Below, in pieces: positions 37,101 through 52,100 of a stretch of DNA of 64,000 bases. Origin of the DNA: Isurus oxyrinchus (taxonomy: Eukaryota). The position numbers and the translations under genes were made by a program. Each line of letters opens with the position of its first letter. Position 1 is the stretch's first letter. The notes under the pieces were generated by a model. It saw only the letters and a program-made list of their open reading frames with translations. It was not told where the DNA came from and ran no database searches. Where the stretch lies: contig JANJGN010001648.1 of NCBI GenBank assembly GCA_026770705.1, positions 1-64,000 of the forward strand. Reading direction: 5' to 3'.

Positions 37101-40100
37101 TCTCTGTACATCTCTCCCTCTCTCTCTCTGTCACCTTTTACTCTCTCTGTGTACATCTCTCCTTCTCTCTCTCTGTCACCTTTTACTCTCTGTGTACATC
37201 TCTCCCTCTCTCTGTCACATTTTACTCTCTGTTTACATCTCTCCCTCTCTCTGTCACCTTTTACTCTCTCTCTGTGTACATCTCTCCCTCTCTCTGTCAC
37301 CTTTTACTCTCTCTGTGTACATCTCTCCCTCTCTCTCTCTGTCACCTTTTACTCTCTCTGTGTACATCTCTCCCTCTCTCTCTCTGTCACCTTTTACTCT
37401 CTCTGTGTACATCTCTCCTTCTCTCTCTCTGTCACCTTTTACTCTCTGTGTACATCTCTCCCTCTCTCTGTCACATTTTACTCTCTGTTTACATCTCTCC
37501 CTCTCTCTGTCACCTTTTACTCTCTCTCTGTGTACATCTCTCCCTCTCTCTGTCACCTTTTACTCTCTCTGTGTACATCTCTCCCTCTCTCTCTCTGTCA
37601 CCTTTTACTCTCTCTGTGTACATCTCTCCCTCTCTCTCTCTGTCACCTTTTACTCTCTCTGTGTACATCTCTCCCTCTCTCTCTCTCTGTCACTTTTTAC
37701 TCTCTCTCTGTGTACATCTCTCCCTCTCTATCACTGTCACCTTTTACTCTCTCTCTGTGTACATCTCTCCCTCTCTCTCTCTGTCACCTTTTACTCTCTG
37801 TGTGTACATCTCTCCCTCTCACTCTGTCACCTTTTATTCACTCTCTGTGTACATCTCTCCCTCTCTCTCTCTTTCACCTTTTACTCTCTGTGTACATCTC
37901 TCCCTCACTCTGTCACCTTTTACTCTCTGTGTACATCTCTCCCTCTCTCTCTCTGTCACCTTTTACTCTCTCTGTGTACATCCCTCTCTCTCTCTCTCTG
38001 TCACATTTTACTCTCTCTGTGTACATCTCTCTCTCTCTCTCTCCCTGTCACCTTTTACTCTCTCTCTGTGTACATCTCTCCCTCTCTCTCTCTGTCACCT
38101 TTTACTCTCTGTGTACATCTCTCCCTCTCTCTCTCTGTCACCTTATACTCTCTGTGTACATCTCTCCCTCTCTCTGTCACCTTTTACTCTCTGTTTACAT
38201 CTCTCCCTCTCTCTGTCACCTTTTACTCTCTGTGTACATCTCTCCCTCTCTCTGTCACCTTTAACTCTCTCTGTGTACATCTCTCCCTCTCTCTCTCTGT
38301 CACCATTTACTCTCTGTGTACATCTCTCCCTCTCTCTCTCTGTCACCTTTTACTCACTCTGTGTACATCTCTCCATCTCTCTGTCACCTTTTACTCTCTC
38401 TCTGTATATCTCTCCCTCTCTCTCTCTGTCACCTTTTACTCTCTCTGTGTACATCTCTCCTTCTCTCTCTCTGTCACCTTTTACTCTCTGTGTACATCTC
38501 TCCCTCTCTCTGTCACCTTTTACTCTCTGTTTACATCTCTCCCTCTCTCTGTCACCTTTTACTCTCTCTCTGTGTACATCTCTCCCTCTCTCTGTCACCT
38601 TTTACTCTCTCTGTGTACATCTCTCCCTCTCTCTCTCTGTCACCTTTTACTGTCTCTGTGTACATCTCTCCCTCTCTCTCTCTGTCACCTTTTACTCTCT
38701 CTGTGTACATCTCTCCCTCTCTCTCTCTCTGTCACTTTTTACTCTCTCTCTGTGTACATCTCTCCCTCTCTATCTCTGTCACCTTTTACTTCCTCTCTGT
38801 GTACATCTCTCCCTCTCTCTCTCTGTCACCTTTTACTCTCTGTGTGTACATCTCTCCCTCTCACTCTGTCACCTTTTATTCACTCTCTGTGTACATCTCT
38901 CCCTCTCTCTCTCTGTCACCTTTTACTCTCTGTGTACATCTCTCCCTCTCTCTGTCACCTTTTACTCTCTGTGTACATCTCTCCCTCTCTCTCTCTGTCA
39001 CCTTTTACTCTCTGTGTACATCTCTCCCTCTCTCTCTCTGTCACCTTATACTCTCTGTGTACATCTCTCCCTCTCTCTGTCACCTTTTACTCTCTGATTA
39101 CATCTCTCCCTCTCTCTGTCACCTTTTACTCTCTGTGTACATCTCTCCCTCTCTCTGTCACCTTTTACTCTCTCTGTGTACATCTCTCCCTCTCTCTCTC
39201 TGCCACCTTTTACTCTCTGTGTACATCTCTCCCTCTCTCTCTCTGTCACCTTTTACTCTCTCTGTGTACATCTCTCCCTCTCTCTCTCTGTCACCTTTTA
39301 CTGTCTCTGTGTACATCACTCCCTCTCTCTCTCTGTCACCTTTTACTCTCTGTGTACATATCTCCCTCTCTCTCTCTGTCACCTTTTACTCTCTCTGTAC
39401 ATCTCTCCCTCTCTCTCTCTGTCACCTTTTACTCTCCGTGTACATCTCTCCCTCTCTCTGTCACCTTTTACTCTCTCTCTGTGTACATCTCTCCCTCTCT
39501 CTGTCACCTTTTACTCTCTCTGTGTACATCTCTCCCTCTCTCTCTCTGTCACCTTTTACTGTCTCTGTGTACATCTCTCCCTCTCTCTCTCTGTCACCTT
39601 TTACTCTCTCTGTGTACATCTCTCCCTCTCTCTCTCTCTGTCACTTTTTACTCTCTCTCTGTGTACATCTCTCCCTCTCTATCTCTGTCACCTTTTACTC
39701 TCTCTCTGTGTACATCTCTCCCTCTCTCTCTCTGTCACCTTTTACTCTCTGTGTGTACATCTCTCCCTCTCACTCTGTCACCATTTATTCACTCTCTGTG
39801 TACATCTCTCCCTCTCTCTCTCTGTCACCTTTTACTCTCTGTGTACATCTCTCCCTCTCTCTGTCACCTTTTACTCTCTGTGTACATCTCTCCCTCTCTC
39901 TCTCTCTGTCACCTTTTACTCTCTGTGTACATCTCTCCCTCTCTCTCTGTTACCTTTTACTCTCTCTCTGTACATCTCTCCCTCTCTCTCTCTGTCACCT
40001 TTTACTCTCTGTGTACATCTCTCCCTCTCTCTGTCACCTTTTACTCTCTGTTTACATCTCTTCCTCTCTCTGTCACCTTTTACTCTCTCTCTGTGTACAT

Positions 40101-43100
40101 CTCTCCCTCTCTCTGTCACCTTTTACTCTCTCTGTGTACATCTCTCCCTCTCTCTCTCTGTCACCTTTTACTCTCTCTGTGTACATCTCTCCCTCTCTCT
40201 CTCTGTCACCTTTTACTCTCTCTGTGTACATCTCTCCCTCTCTCTCTCTCTGTCACTTTTTACTCTCTCTCTGTGTACATCTCTCCCTCTCTATCACTGT
40301 CACCTTTTGCTCTCTCTCTGTGTACATCTCTCCCTCTCTCTCTCTGTCACCTTTTACTCTCTGTGTACATCTCTCCCTCTCTCTGTCACCTTTTACTCTC
40401 TGTGTACATCTCTCCCTCTCTCTCTCTGTCACCTTTTACTCTCTCTGTGTACATCCCTCTCTCTCTCTCTCTGTCACCTTTTACTCTCTGTGTACATCTC
40501 TCCCTCTCTCTCTCTGTCACATTTTACTCTCTCTGTGTACATCTCTCTCTCTCTCTCTCCCTGTCACCTTTTACTCTCTCTCTGTGTACATCTCTCCCTC
40601 TCTCTCTCTGTCACCTTTTACTCTCTGTGTACATCTCTCCCTCTCTCTCTCTGTCACCTTATACTCTCTGTGTACATCTCTCCCTCTCTCTGTCACCTTT
40701 TACTCTCTGTTTACATCTCTCCCTCTCTCTGTCACCTTTTACTCTCTGTGTACATCTCTCCCTCTCTCTGTCACCTTTTACTCTCTCTGTGTACATCTCT
40801 CCCTCTCTCTCTCTGTCACCTTTTACTCTCTGTGTACATCTCTCCCTCTCTCTCTCTGTCACCTTTTACTCACTCTGTGTACATCTCTCCCTCTCTCTGT
40901 CACCTTTTACTCTCTCTCTGTACATCTCTCCCTCTCTCTCTCTGTCACCTTTTACTCTCTCTGTGTACATCTCTCCTTCTCTCTCTCTGTCACCTTTTAC
41001 TCTCTGTGTACATCTCTCCCTCTCTCTGTCACCTTTTACTCTCTGTTTACATCTCTCCCTCTCTCTGTCACCTTTTACTCTCTCTCTGTGTACATCTCTC
41101 CCTCTCTCTGTCACCTTTTACTCTCTCTGTGTACATCTCTCCCTCTCTCTCTCTGTCACCTTTTACTGTCTCTGTGTACATCTCTCCCTCTCTCTCTCTG
41201 TCACCTTTTACTCTCTCTGTGTACATCTCTCCCTCTCTCTCTCTCTGTCACTTTTTACTCTCTCTCTGTGTACATCTCTCCCTCTCTATCTCTGTCACCT
41301 TTTACTCTCTCTCTGTGTACATCTCTCCCTCTATCTCTCTGTCACCTTTTACTCTCTGTGTGTACATCTCTCCCTCTCACTCTGTCACCTTTTATTCACT
41401 CTCTGTGTACATCTCTCCCTCTCTCTCTCTGTCACCTTTTACTCTCTGTGTACATCTCTCCCTCTCTCTGTCACCTTTTACTCTCTGTGTACATCTCTCC
41501 CTCTCTCTCTCTGTCACCTTTTACTCTCTCTGTGTACATCCCTCTCTCTCTCTCTCTGTCACCTTTTACTCTCTGTGTACATCCCTCCCTCTCTCTCTCT
41601 GTCACCTTTTACTCTCTGTGTACATCTCTCTCTCTCTCTGTCACCTTTTACTCACTCTGTGTGTACATCTCTCCCTCTCTCTCTCTGTCACCTTTTACTC
41701 TCGGAATACATCTCTCCCTCTCTCTGTCACCTTTTACTCTCTGTGTACATCTCTCCCTCTCTCTCTCTGTCACCTTTTACTCTCTGTGTACATCTCTCCC
41801 TCTCTCTCTCTGTCACCTTTTACTCTCTCTCTGTGTACATCTCTCCCTCTCTCTGCCACCTTTTACACTCTGTGTACATCTCTCCCTCTCTCTGTCACCT
41901 TTACTCTCTCTGTGTACATCTCTCTCTCTCTCTCTCTGTCACCTTTTACTCTCTGTGTGTACATCTCTCCCTCTCTCTGTCACCTTTTACTCTCTGTGTA
42001 CATATCTCCCTCTCTCTCTCTGTCACCTTTTATTCTCTGTGTACATCTCTCCCTCTCGCTCTCTGTCACCTTTTACTCTCTCTGTGTACATCTCTCCCTC
42101 TCTCTGTCACCTTTTATTCTCTCTGTGTATATCTCTCCCTCTCTCTCTGTCACCTTTTACTCTCTCTGTGTACATCTCTCCCTCTCTCTCTCTGTCACCT
42201 TTTACTCTCTGTGTACATGTCTCCCTCTCTCTCTCTGTCACCTTTTACTCTCTCTGTGTACATCTCTCCCTCTCTCTCTCTGTCACCTTTTACTCTCTGT
42301 GTACATCTCTCCCTCTCTCTCTCTGTCACCTTTTACTCTCTCTGTGTACATCTCTCCCTCCCTCTGTCTGTCACCTTTTACTCTCTGTGTACATCTCTCC
42401 CTCTCTCTCTGTCACCTTTTACTCTCTGTGTACATCTCTCCCTCTCTCTGTCACCTTTTACTCTCTCTGTGTACATCTCTCCCTATCTCTCTGTCACCTT
42501 TTACTCTCTGTGTACATCTCTCCCTCTCTCTCTTTGTCACCTTTAACTCTCTGTGTACATCTCTCCCTTTCTCTGTCACCTTTTACTCTCTGTGTACATC
42601 TCTCCCTCTCTCTCTGTCACCTTTTACTCTCTCTGTGTACATCTCTCCCTCTCTCTCTCTGTCACCTTTTACTCTCTGTGTACATCTCTCCCTCTCTCTG
42701 TCACCTTTTACTCTCTGTGTACATCTCTCCCTCTCTCTGTCACCTTTTACTCTCTCTCTGTGTACATCTCTCCCTCTCTCTCTCTGTCACCTTTTACTCT
42801 CTGTGTACATCTCTCCCTCTCTCTGTCACCTTTTACTCTCTGTGTACATCTCTCCCTCTCTCTGTCACCTTTTACTCTCTGTGTACATCTCTCCCTCTCT
42901 CTCTCTGTCTCCTTTTCCTCTCTCTCTGTGTACATCTCTCCCTCTCTCTCTCTGTCACCTTTTACTCTCTCTCTGTACATCTCTCCCTCTCTCTCTCTGT
43001 CACCTTTTACTCTCTCTGTGTACATCTCTCTCTCTCTCTGTCACCTTTTACTCTCTCTCTGTGCACATCTCTCCCTCTCTCTCTCTGTCGCCTTTGACTC

Positions 43101-46100
43101 TCTGTGTACATCTCTCCCTCTCCCTCTCTGTCACCTTTTACTCTCTGTGTACATCTCTCACTCTCTCTTTCACCTTTTACTCTCTCTCTGTGTACATCTC
43201 TCCATCTCTCTGTCACCTTTTACTCTCTGTGTACATCTCTCCCTCTCTCTGTCACCTTTTACTCTCTCTGTGTACATCTCTCCCTCTCTCTCTGTCACCT
43301 TTTACTCTCTCTGTGTACATCATTCCCCCTCTCTGTCACCTTTTAATCTCTGTGTACATCTCTCCCTCTCTCTGTCACCTTTTACTCTCTGTGTACATCT
43401 CTCCCTCTCTCTCTCTGTCTCCTTTTCCTCTCTCTCTGTGTACATCTCTCCCTCTCTCTCTCTGTCACCTTTTACTCACTCTGTGTACATCTCTCCCTCT
43501 CTCTCTGTCACCTTTTACACTCTCTGTGTACATCTCTCCCTCTCTCTCTCTGTCACCTTTTACTCTCTGTGTACATCTCTCCCTCTCTCTCTCTGTCACC
43601 ATTTACTCTCTGTTTACATCTCTCCCTCTCTCTGTCACCTTTTACACTCTCTCTGTGTACATCTCTCCCTCTCTCTCTCTGTCACCTTTTACTCTCTCTC
43701 TGTACATCTCTCCCTCTCTCTCTCTGTCACCTTTTACTCTCTGTGTACATCTCTCCCTCTCTCTGTCACCTTTTACTCTCTGTGTACATCTCTCCCTCTC
43801 TCTCTCTGTCACCTTTTACTCTCTCTGTGTACATCCCTCTCTCTCTCTCTCTGTCACCTTTTACTCTCTGTGTACATCCCTCCCTCTCTCTCTCTGTCAC
43901 CTTTTACTCTCTGTGTACATCTCTCTCTCTCTCTCTGTCACCTTTTACTCACTCTGTGTGTACATCTCTCCCTCTCTCTCTCTGTCACCTTTTACTCTCT
44001 CTCTGTGTACATCTCTCCCTCTCTCTGTCACCTTTTACACTCTGTGTACATCTCTCTCTCTCTCTGTCACCTTTTACTCTCTGTGTGTACATCTCTCCCT
44101 CTCTCTGTCACCTTTTACTCTCTGTGTACATCTCTCCCTCTCCCTCTCTCTGTCACCTTTTACTCTCTGTGTACATCTCTCCCTCTCTCTGTCACCTTTT
44201 ACTCTCTGTGTACATCACTCCCTCTCTCTCTCTGTCACCTTTTACTCTCTGTGTACATATCTCCCTCTCTCTCTCTGTCACCTTTTACTCTCTGTGTACA
44301 TCTCTCCCTCTCTCTCTCTGTCACCTTTTACTCTCTCTGTGTACATCTCTCTCTCTCTCTCTCTGTCACCTTTTATTCTCTCTGTGTATATCTCTCCCTC
44401 TCTCTCTCTGTCACCTTTTACTCTCTCTGTGTACATCTCTCCCTCTCTCTCTCTGTCACCTTTTACTCTCTGTGTACATCTCTCCCTCTCTCTCTCTGTC
44501 ACCTTTTACTCTCTCTGTGTACATCTCTCCCTCCCTCTGTCTGTCACCTTTTACTCTCTGTGTACATCTCTCCCTCTCTCTCTCTGTCACCTTTTACTCT
44601 CTGTGTACATCTCTCCCTCTCTCTGTCACCTTTTACTCTCTCTGTGTACATCTCTCCCTATCTCTCTGTCACCTTTTACTCTCTGTGTACATCTCTCCCT
44701 CTCTCTCTTTGTCACCTTTAAATCTCTGTGTACATCTCTCCCTTTCTCTGTCACCTTGTACTCTCTGTGTACATCTCTCCCTCTCTCTCTGTCACCTTTT
44801 ACTCTCTCTGTGTACATCTCTCCCTCTCTCTCTCTGTCACCTTTTACTCTCTGTGTACATCTCTCCCTCTCTCTGTCACCTTTTACTCTCTGTGTACATC
44901 TCTCCCTCTCTCTGTCACCTTTTACTCTCTCTCTGTGTACATCTCTCCCTCTCTCTCTCTGTCACCTTTTACTCTCTGTGTACATCTCTCCCTCTCTCTG
45001 TCACCTTTTACTCTCTGTGTACATCTCTCCCTCTCTCTGTCACCTTTTACTCTCTGTGTACATCTCTCCCTCTCTCTCTCTGTCTCCTTTTCCTCTCTCT
45101 CTGTGTACATCTCTCCCTCTCTCTCTCTGTCACCTTTTACTCTCTCTCTGTACATCTCTCCCTCTCTCTCTCTGTCACCTTTTACTCTCTCTGTGTACAT
45201 CTCTCTCTCTCTCTGTCACCTTTTACTCTCTCTCTGTGCACATCTCTCCCTCTCTCTCTCTGTCGCCTTTGACTCTCTGTGTACATCTCTCCCTCTCCCT
45301 CTCTGTCACCTTTTACTCTCTGTGTACATCTCTCACTCTCTCTTTCACCTTTTACTCTCTCTCTGTGTACATCTCTCCATCTCTCTGTCACCTTTTAGTC
45401 TCTGTGTACATCTCTCCCTCTCTCTGTCACCTTTTACTCTCTCTGTGTACATCTCTCCCTCTCTCTCTGTCACCTTTTACTCTCTCTGTGTACATCATTC
45501 CCCCTCTCTGTCACCTTTTAATCTCTGTGTACATCTCTCCCTCTCTCTGTCACCTTTTACTCTCTGTGTACATCTCTCCCTCTCTCTCTCTGTCTCCTGT
45601 TCCTCTCTCTCTGTGTACATCTCTCCCTCTCTCTCTCTGTCACCTTTTACTCACTCTGTGTACATCTCTCCCTCTCTCTCTGTCACCTTTTACTGTCTCT
45701 GTGTACATCTCTCCCTCTCTCTCTCTGTCACCTTTTACTCTCTGTGTACATCTCTCCCTCTCTCTCTCTGTCACCATTTACTCTCTGTTTACATCTCTCC
45801 CTCTCTCTGTCACCTTTTACACTCTCTCTGTGTACATCTCTCCCTCTCTCTCTCTGTCACCTTTTACTCTCTCTCTGTACATCTCTCCCTCTCTCTCTCT
45901 GTCACCTTTTACTCTCTGTGTACATCTCTCCCTCTCTCTGTCACCTTTTACTCTCTGTGTACATCTCTCCCTCTCTCTCTCTGTCACCTTTTACTCTCTC
46001 TGTGTACATCCCTCTCTCTCTCTCTCTGTCACCTTTTACTCTCTGTGTACATCCCTCCCTCTCTCTCTCTGTCAACTTTTACTCTCTGTGTACATCTCTC

Positions 46101-49100
46101 TCTCTCTCACTGTCACCTTTTACTCACTCTGTGTGTACATCTCTCCCTCTCTCTCTCTGTCACCTTTTACTCTCGGAATACATCTCTCCCTCTCTCTGTC
46201 ACCTTTTACTCTCTGTGTACATCTCTCCCTCTCTCTCTCTGTCACCTTTTACTCTCTGTGTACATCTCTCCCTCTCTCTCTCTGTCACCTTTTACTCTCT
46301 CTCTGTGTACATCTCTCCCTCTCTCTGTCACCTTTTACACTCTGTGTACATCTCTCCCTCTCTCTGTCACCTTTTACTCTCTCTGTGTACATCTCTCTCT
46401 CTCTCTCTCTGTCACCTTTTACTCTCTGTGTGTACATCTCTCCCTCTCTCTGTCACCTTTTACTCTTGTGTACATCTCTCCCTCTCCCTCTCTCTGTCAC
46501 CTTTTACTCTCTGTGTACATCTCTCCCTCTCTCTGTCACCTTTTACTCACTCTGTGTATATCGCTCCCTCTCTCTGTCACCTTTTACTCTCTGTGTACAT
46601 CACTCCCTCTCTCTCTCTGTCACCTTTTACTCTCTGTGTACATATCTCCCTCTCTCTCTCTGTCACCTTTTACTCTCTGTGTACATCTCTCCCTCTCTCT
46701 CTCTGTCACCTTTTACTCTCTCTGTGTACATCTCTCTCTCTCTCTCTCTGTCACCTTTTATTCTCTCTGTGTATATCTCTCCCTCTCTCTCTGTCACCTT
46801 TTACTCTCTCTGTGTACATCTCTCCCTCTCTCTCTCTGTCACATTTTACTCTCTGTGTACATCTCTCCCTCTCTCTCTCTGTCACCTTTTACTCTCTCTG
46901 TGTATATCTCTCCCTCTCTCTCTCTGTCACCTTTTACTCTCTGTGTACATCTCTCCCTCTCTCTCTCTGTCACCTTTTACTCTCTCTGTGTACATCTCTC
47001 CCTCCCTCTCTCTGTCACCTTTTACTCTCTGTGTACATCTCTCCCTCTCTCTCTCTGTCACCTTTTACTCTCTGTGTACATCTCTCCCTCTCTCTGTCAC
47101 CTTTTACTCTCTCTGTGTACATCTCTCCCTATCTCTCTGTCACCTTTTACTCTCTGTGTACATCTCTCCCTCTCTCTCTTTGTCACCTTTAACTCTCTGT
47201 GTACATCTCTCCCTTTCCCTGTCACCTTTTAATCTCTGTGTACATCTCTCCCTCTCTCTCTGTCACCTTTTACTCTCTCTGTGTACATCTCTCCCTCTCT
47301 CTCTCTGTCACCTTTTACTCTTTGTGTACATCTCTCCCTCTCTCTGTCACCTTTTACTCTCTGTGTACATCTCTCCCTCTCTCTGTCACCTTTTACTCTC
47401 TCTCGGTGTACATCTCTCCCTCTCTCTCTCTGTCACCTTTTACTCTCTGTGTACATCTCTCCCTCTCTCTGTCACCTTTTACTCTCTCTGTGTACATCTC
47501 TCCCTCTCTCTCTCAGTCACCTTTTACTCTCAGTGTACATCTCTCCCTCTCTCTGTCACCTTTTACTCTCTCTGTGTACATCTCTCCCTCTCTCTCTCTG
47601 TCACCTTTTACTCTCTGTGTACATCTCTCCCTCTCTCTGTCACCTTTTACTCTCTGTGTACATCTCTCCCTCTCTCTGTCACCTTTTACTCTCTGTGTAC
47701 ATCTCTCCCTCTCTCTCTCTGTCTCCTTTTCCTCTCTCTCTGTGTACATCTCTCCCTCTCTCTCTCTGTCACCTTTTACTCTCTCTCTGTACATCTCTCC
47801 CTCTCTCTCTCTGTCACCTTTTACTCTCTGTGTACATCCCTCCCTCTCTCTCTCTGTCACCTTTTACTCTCTGTGTACATCTCTCTCTCTCTCTGTCACC
47901 TTTTACTCACTCTGTGTGTACATCTCTCCCTCTCCCTCTCTGTCACCTTTTACTCTCTGTGTACATCTCTCACTCTCTCTTTCACCTTTTACTCTCTCTC
48001 TGTGTACATCTCTCCATCTCTCTGTCAACTTTTACTCTCTGTGTACATCTCTCCCCCTCTCTGTCACCTTTTACTCTCTCTGTGTACATCTCTCCCTCTC
48101 TCTCTGTCACCTTTTACTCTCTCTGTGTACATCATTCCCTCTCTCTGTCAACTTTTACTCTCTGTGTACATCTCTCCCTCTCTCTGTCACCTTTTACTCT
48201 CTGTGTACATCTCTCCCTCTCTCTCTCTGTCTCCTTTTCCTCTCTCTCTGTGTACATCTCTCCCTCTCTCTCTCTGTCACCTTTTACTCACTCTGTGTAC
48301 TTCTCTCCCTCTCTCTCTGTCACCTTTTACTCTCTCTGTGTACATCTCTCCCTCTCTCTCTCTGTCACCTTTTACTCTCTGTGTACATCTCTCCCTCTCT
48401 CTCTCTGTCACCATTTACTCTCTGTGTACATCTCTCCCTCTCTCTGTCACCTTTTACACTCTCTCTGTGTACATCTCTCCCTCTCTCTCTCTGTCACCTT
48501 TTACTCTCTCTCTGTACATCTCTCCCTCTCTCTCTCTGTCACCTTTTACTCTCTCTCTGTGCACATCTCTCCCTCTCTCTCTCTGTCGCCTTTTACTCTC
48601 TGTGTACATCTCTCCCTCTCCCTCTCTGTCAACTTTTACTCTCTGTGTACATCTCTCCCTCTCTCTGTCACCTTTTACTCTCTCTCTGTGTACATCTCTC
48701 CATCTCTCTGTCACCTTTTACTCTCTGTGTGTACATCTCTCCCTCGCTCTGTCACCTTTTACTCTCTGTGTACATCTCTCCCTCTCTCTCTCTGTCACCT
48801 TTTACTCACTGTGTACATCTCTCCCTCTCTCTCTGTCACCTTTTACTCTCTGTGTACATCTCTCCCTCTCTCTGTCACCTTTTACTCACTCTGTGTATAT
48901 CTCTCCCTCTCTCTGTCACCTTTTACTCTCTGTGTACATCCCTCCCTCTCTCTGTCACCTTTTACACTTTCTGTGTACATCTCTCCCTCTCTCTCTCTGT
49001 CACCTTTTACCCTCTGTGTACATCTCTCCCTCTCTCTCTGTCACCTTTTACTCTCTCTGTGTACATCTCTCCCTCTCTCTGTCACCTTTTACTCTCTCTG

Positions 49101-52100
49101 TGTATATCTCTCCCTCTCTCTCTGTCACCTTTTACTCTCTCTGTGTACATCTCTCCCTCTCTCTCTCTGTCACCTTTTACTCTCTCTCTGTGTACATCTC
49201 TCCCTCTCTCTCTCTGTCACCTTTTACTCTCTCTCTGTGTACATCTCTCCCTCTCTCTCGCTGTCACCTTTTATTCTCTGTGTACATCTCTCCCTCTCTC
49301 TCTCTGTCACCTTTTACTCTCTCTCTGTGTACATCTCTCCCTCTCTCTCTCTGTCACCTTTTACTCTCTGTGTACATCTCTCCCTCTCTCTCTCTGTCAC
49401 ATTTTACTCTCTCTGTGTACATCTCTCCCTCCCTCTCTCTGTCACCTTTTACTCTCTGTGTACATCTCTCCCTCTCTCTGTCACCTTTAACTCTCTCTGT
49501 GTACATCTCTCCCTCTCTCTGTCACCTTTTACTCTCTCTCTGTGTACATCTCTCCCTCTCTCTCTCTGTCACCTTTTACTCTCTCTGTGTACATCTCTCC
49601 CTCTCTCTCTCTGTCAACTTTTACTCTCTGTGTACATCTCTCCCTCTCTCTGTCACCTTTTACTCTCTGTGTACATCTCTCCCTCTCTCTCTGTCACCTT
49701 TTACTCTCTCTGTGTACATCTCTCACTCTCTCTGTCACCTTTTACTCTCTGTGTACATCTCTCCCTCTCTGTCTCTGACACCTTTTACTCTCTCTGTGTA
49801 CATCTCTCCCTCTCTCTGTCACCTTTTACTCTCTGTGTACATCTCTCCCTCTCTGTCTCTGACACCTTTTACTCTCTGTGTACATCTCTCCCTCTCTCTC
49901 TCTGTCACCTTTTACTCTCTGTGTACATCTCTCCCTCTCTCTCTGTCACCTTTTACTCTCTGTGTACATCTCTCCCTCTCTCTGTCACCTTTTACTCACT
50001 CTGTGTATATCTCTCCCTCTCTCTGTCACCTTTTACTCTCTGTGTACATCCCTCCCTCTCTCTGTCACCTTTTACACTTTCTGTGTACATCTCTCCCTCT
50101 CTCTCTCTGTCACCTTTTACCCTCTGTGTACATCTCTCCCTCTCTCTCTGTCACCTTTTACTCTCTCTGTGTACATCTCTCCCTCTCTCTGTCACCTTTT
50201 ACTCTCTCTGTGTATATCTCTCCCTCTCTCTCTGTCACCTTTTACTCTCTCTGTGTACATCTCTCCCTCTCTCTCTCTGTCACCTTTTACTCTCTCTCTG
50301 TGTACATCTCTCCCTCTCTCTCTCTGTCACCTTTTACTCTCTCTCTGTGTACATCTCTCCCTCTCTCTCGCTGTCACCTTTTACTCTCTGTGTACATCTC
50401 TCCCTCTCTCTCTCTGTCACCTTTTACTCTCTCTCTGTGTACATCTCTCCCTCTCTCTCTCTGTCACCTTTTACTCTCTGTGTACATCTCTCCCTCTCTC
50501 TCTCTGTCACATTTTACTCTCTCTGTGTACATCTCTCCCTCCCTCTCTCTGTCACCTTTTACTCTCTGTGTACATCTCTCCCTCTCTCTGTCACCTTTAA
50601 CTCTCTCTGTGTACATCTCTCCCTCTCTCTGTCACCTTTTACTCTCTCTCTGTGTACATCTCTCCCTCTCTCTCTCTGTCACCTTTTACTCTCTCTGTGT
50701 ACATCTCTCCCTCTCTCTCTCTGTCAACTTTTACTCTCTGTGTACATCTCTCCCTCTCTCTGTCACCTTTTACTCTCTGTGTACATCTCTCCCTCTCTCT
50801 CTGTCACCTTTTACTCTCTCTGTGTACATCTCTCCCTCTCTCTGTCACCTTTTACTCTCTGTGTACATCTCTCCCTCTCTGTCTCTGACACCTTTTACTC
50901 TCTCTGTGTACATCTCTCCCTCTCTCTGTCACCTTTTACTCTCTGTGTACATCTCTCCCTCTCTGTCTCTGACACCTTTTACTCTCTCTGTGTACATCTC
51001 TCCCTCTCTCTGTCACCTTTTACTCTCTGTGTACATCTCTCCCTCTCTGTCTCTGACACCTTTACTCTCTCTGTGTACATCTCTCCCCCCCTCTCTCTGT
51101 CACCTTTTACTCTCTGTGTACATCACTCCCTCTCTCTCTTTGTCAACTTTTACTCTCTGTGTACATCTCTCCCTCTCTCTCTCTGTCACCTTTTACTCTC
51201 TCTGCGTACATCTCTCCCTCTCTCTCTCTGTCACCTTTTACTCTCTGTGTACATCTCCCCCTCTCTCTGTCACCTTTTACTCTCTGTGTACATCTCTCCC
51301 GCTCTCTGTCACCTTTTACTCTCTGTGTACATCTCTCCCTCTCTCTGTCACCTTTTACTCTCTGTGTACATCTCTCCCTCTCTCTGTCACCTTTTACTCT
51401 CTCTGTGTACATCACTCTCTCTCTCTGTCACCTTTTACTCTCTCTGTGTACATCTCTCCCTCTCTCTGTCACCTTTTACTCTCTCTGTGTACATCACTCT
51501 CTCTCTCTGTCACCTTTTACTCTCTCTCTGTGTACATCTCTCCCTCTCTCTCTCTGTCACCTTTTACTCTCTGTGTGTACATCTCTCCCTCTCTCTCTCT
51601 GTCTCCTTTTACTCTCTCTCTGTGTACATCTCTCCCTCTCTCTCTCTGTCACCTTTTGCTCACTCTGTGTACATCCCTCCCTCTCTCTGTCACCTTTTAC
51701 TCTCTGTGTACATCTCTCCCTCTCTCTCTCTGTCACCTTTTACTCTCTCTCTGTGTACATCTCTCCCTCTCTCTGTCACCTTTTACTCTCTCTGTGTACA
51801 TCTCTCTCTCTCTCTCTCTGTCACCTTTTACTCTCTGTGTGTACATCTCTCCCTCTCTCTGTCACCTTTTACTCTCTGTGTACATCTCTCCCTCTCCCTC
51901 TCTCTGTCACCTTTTACTCTCTGTGTACATCTCTCCCTCTCTCTCTCTGTCACCTTTTACTCTCTGTGTACATCTCTCCCTCTCTCTCTCTGTCACCTTT
52001 TACTCTCTGTGTACATCTCTCCCTCTCTCTCTCTGTCACCTTTTACTCTCTCTCTGTGTACATATCTCCCTCTCTCTGTCACCTTTTACACTCTGTGTAC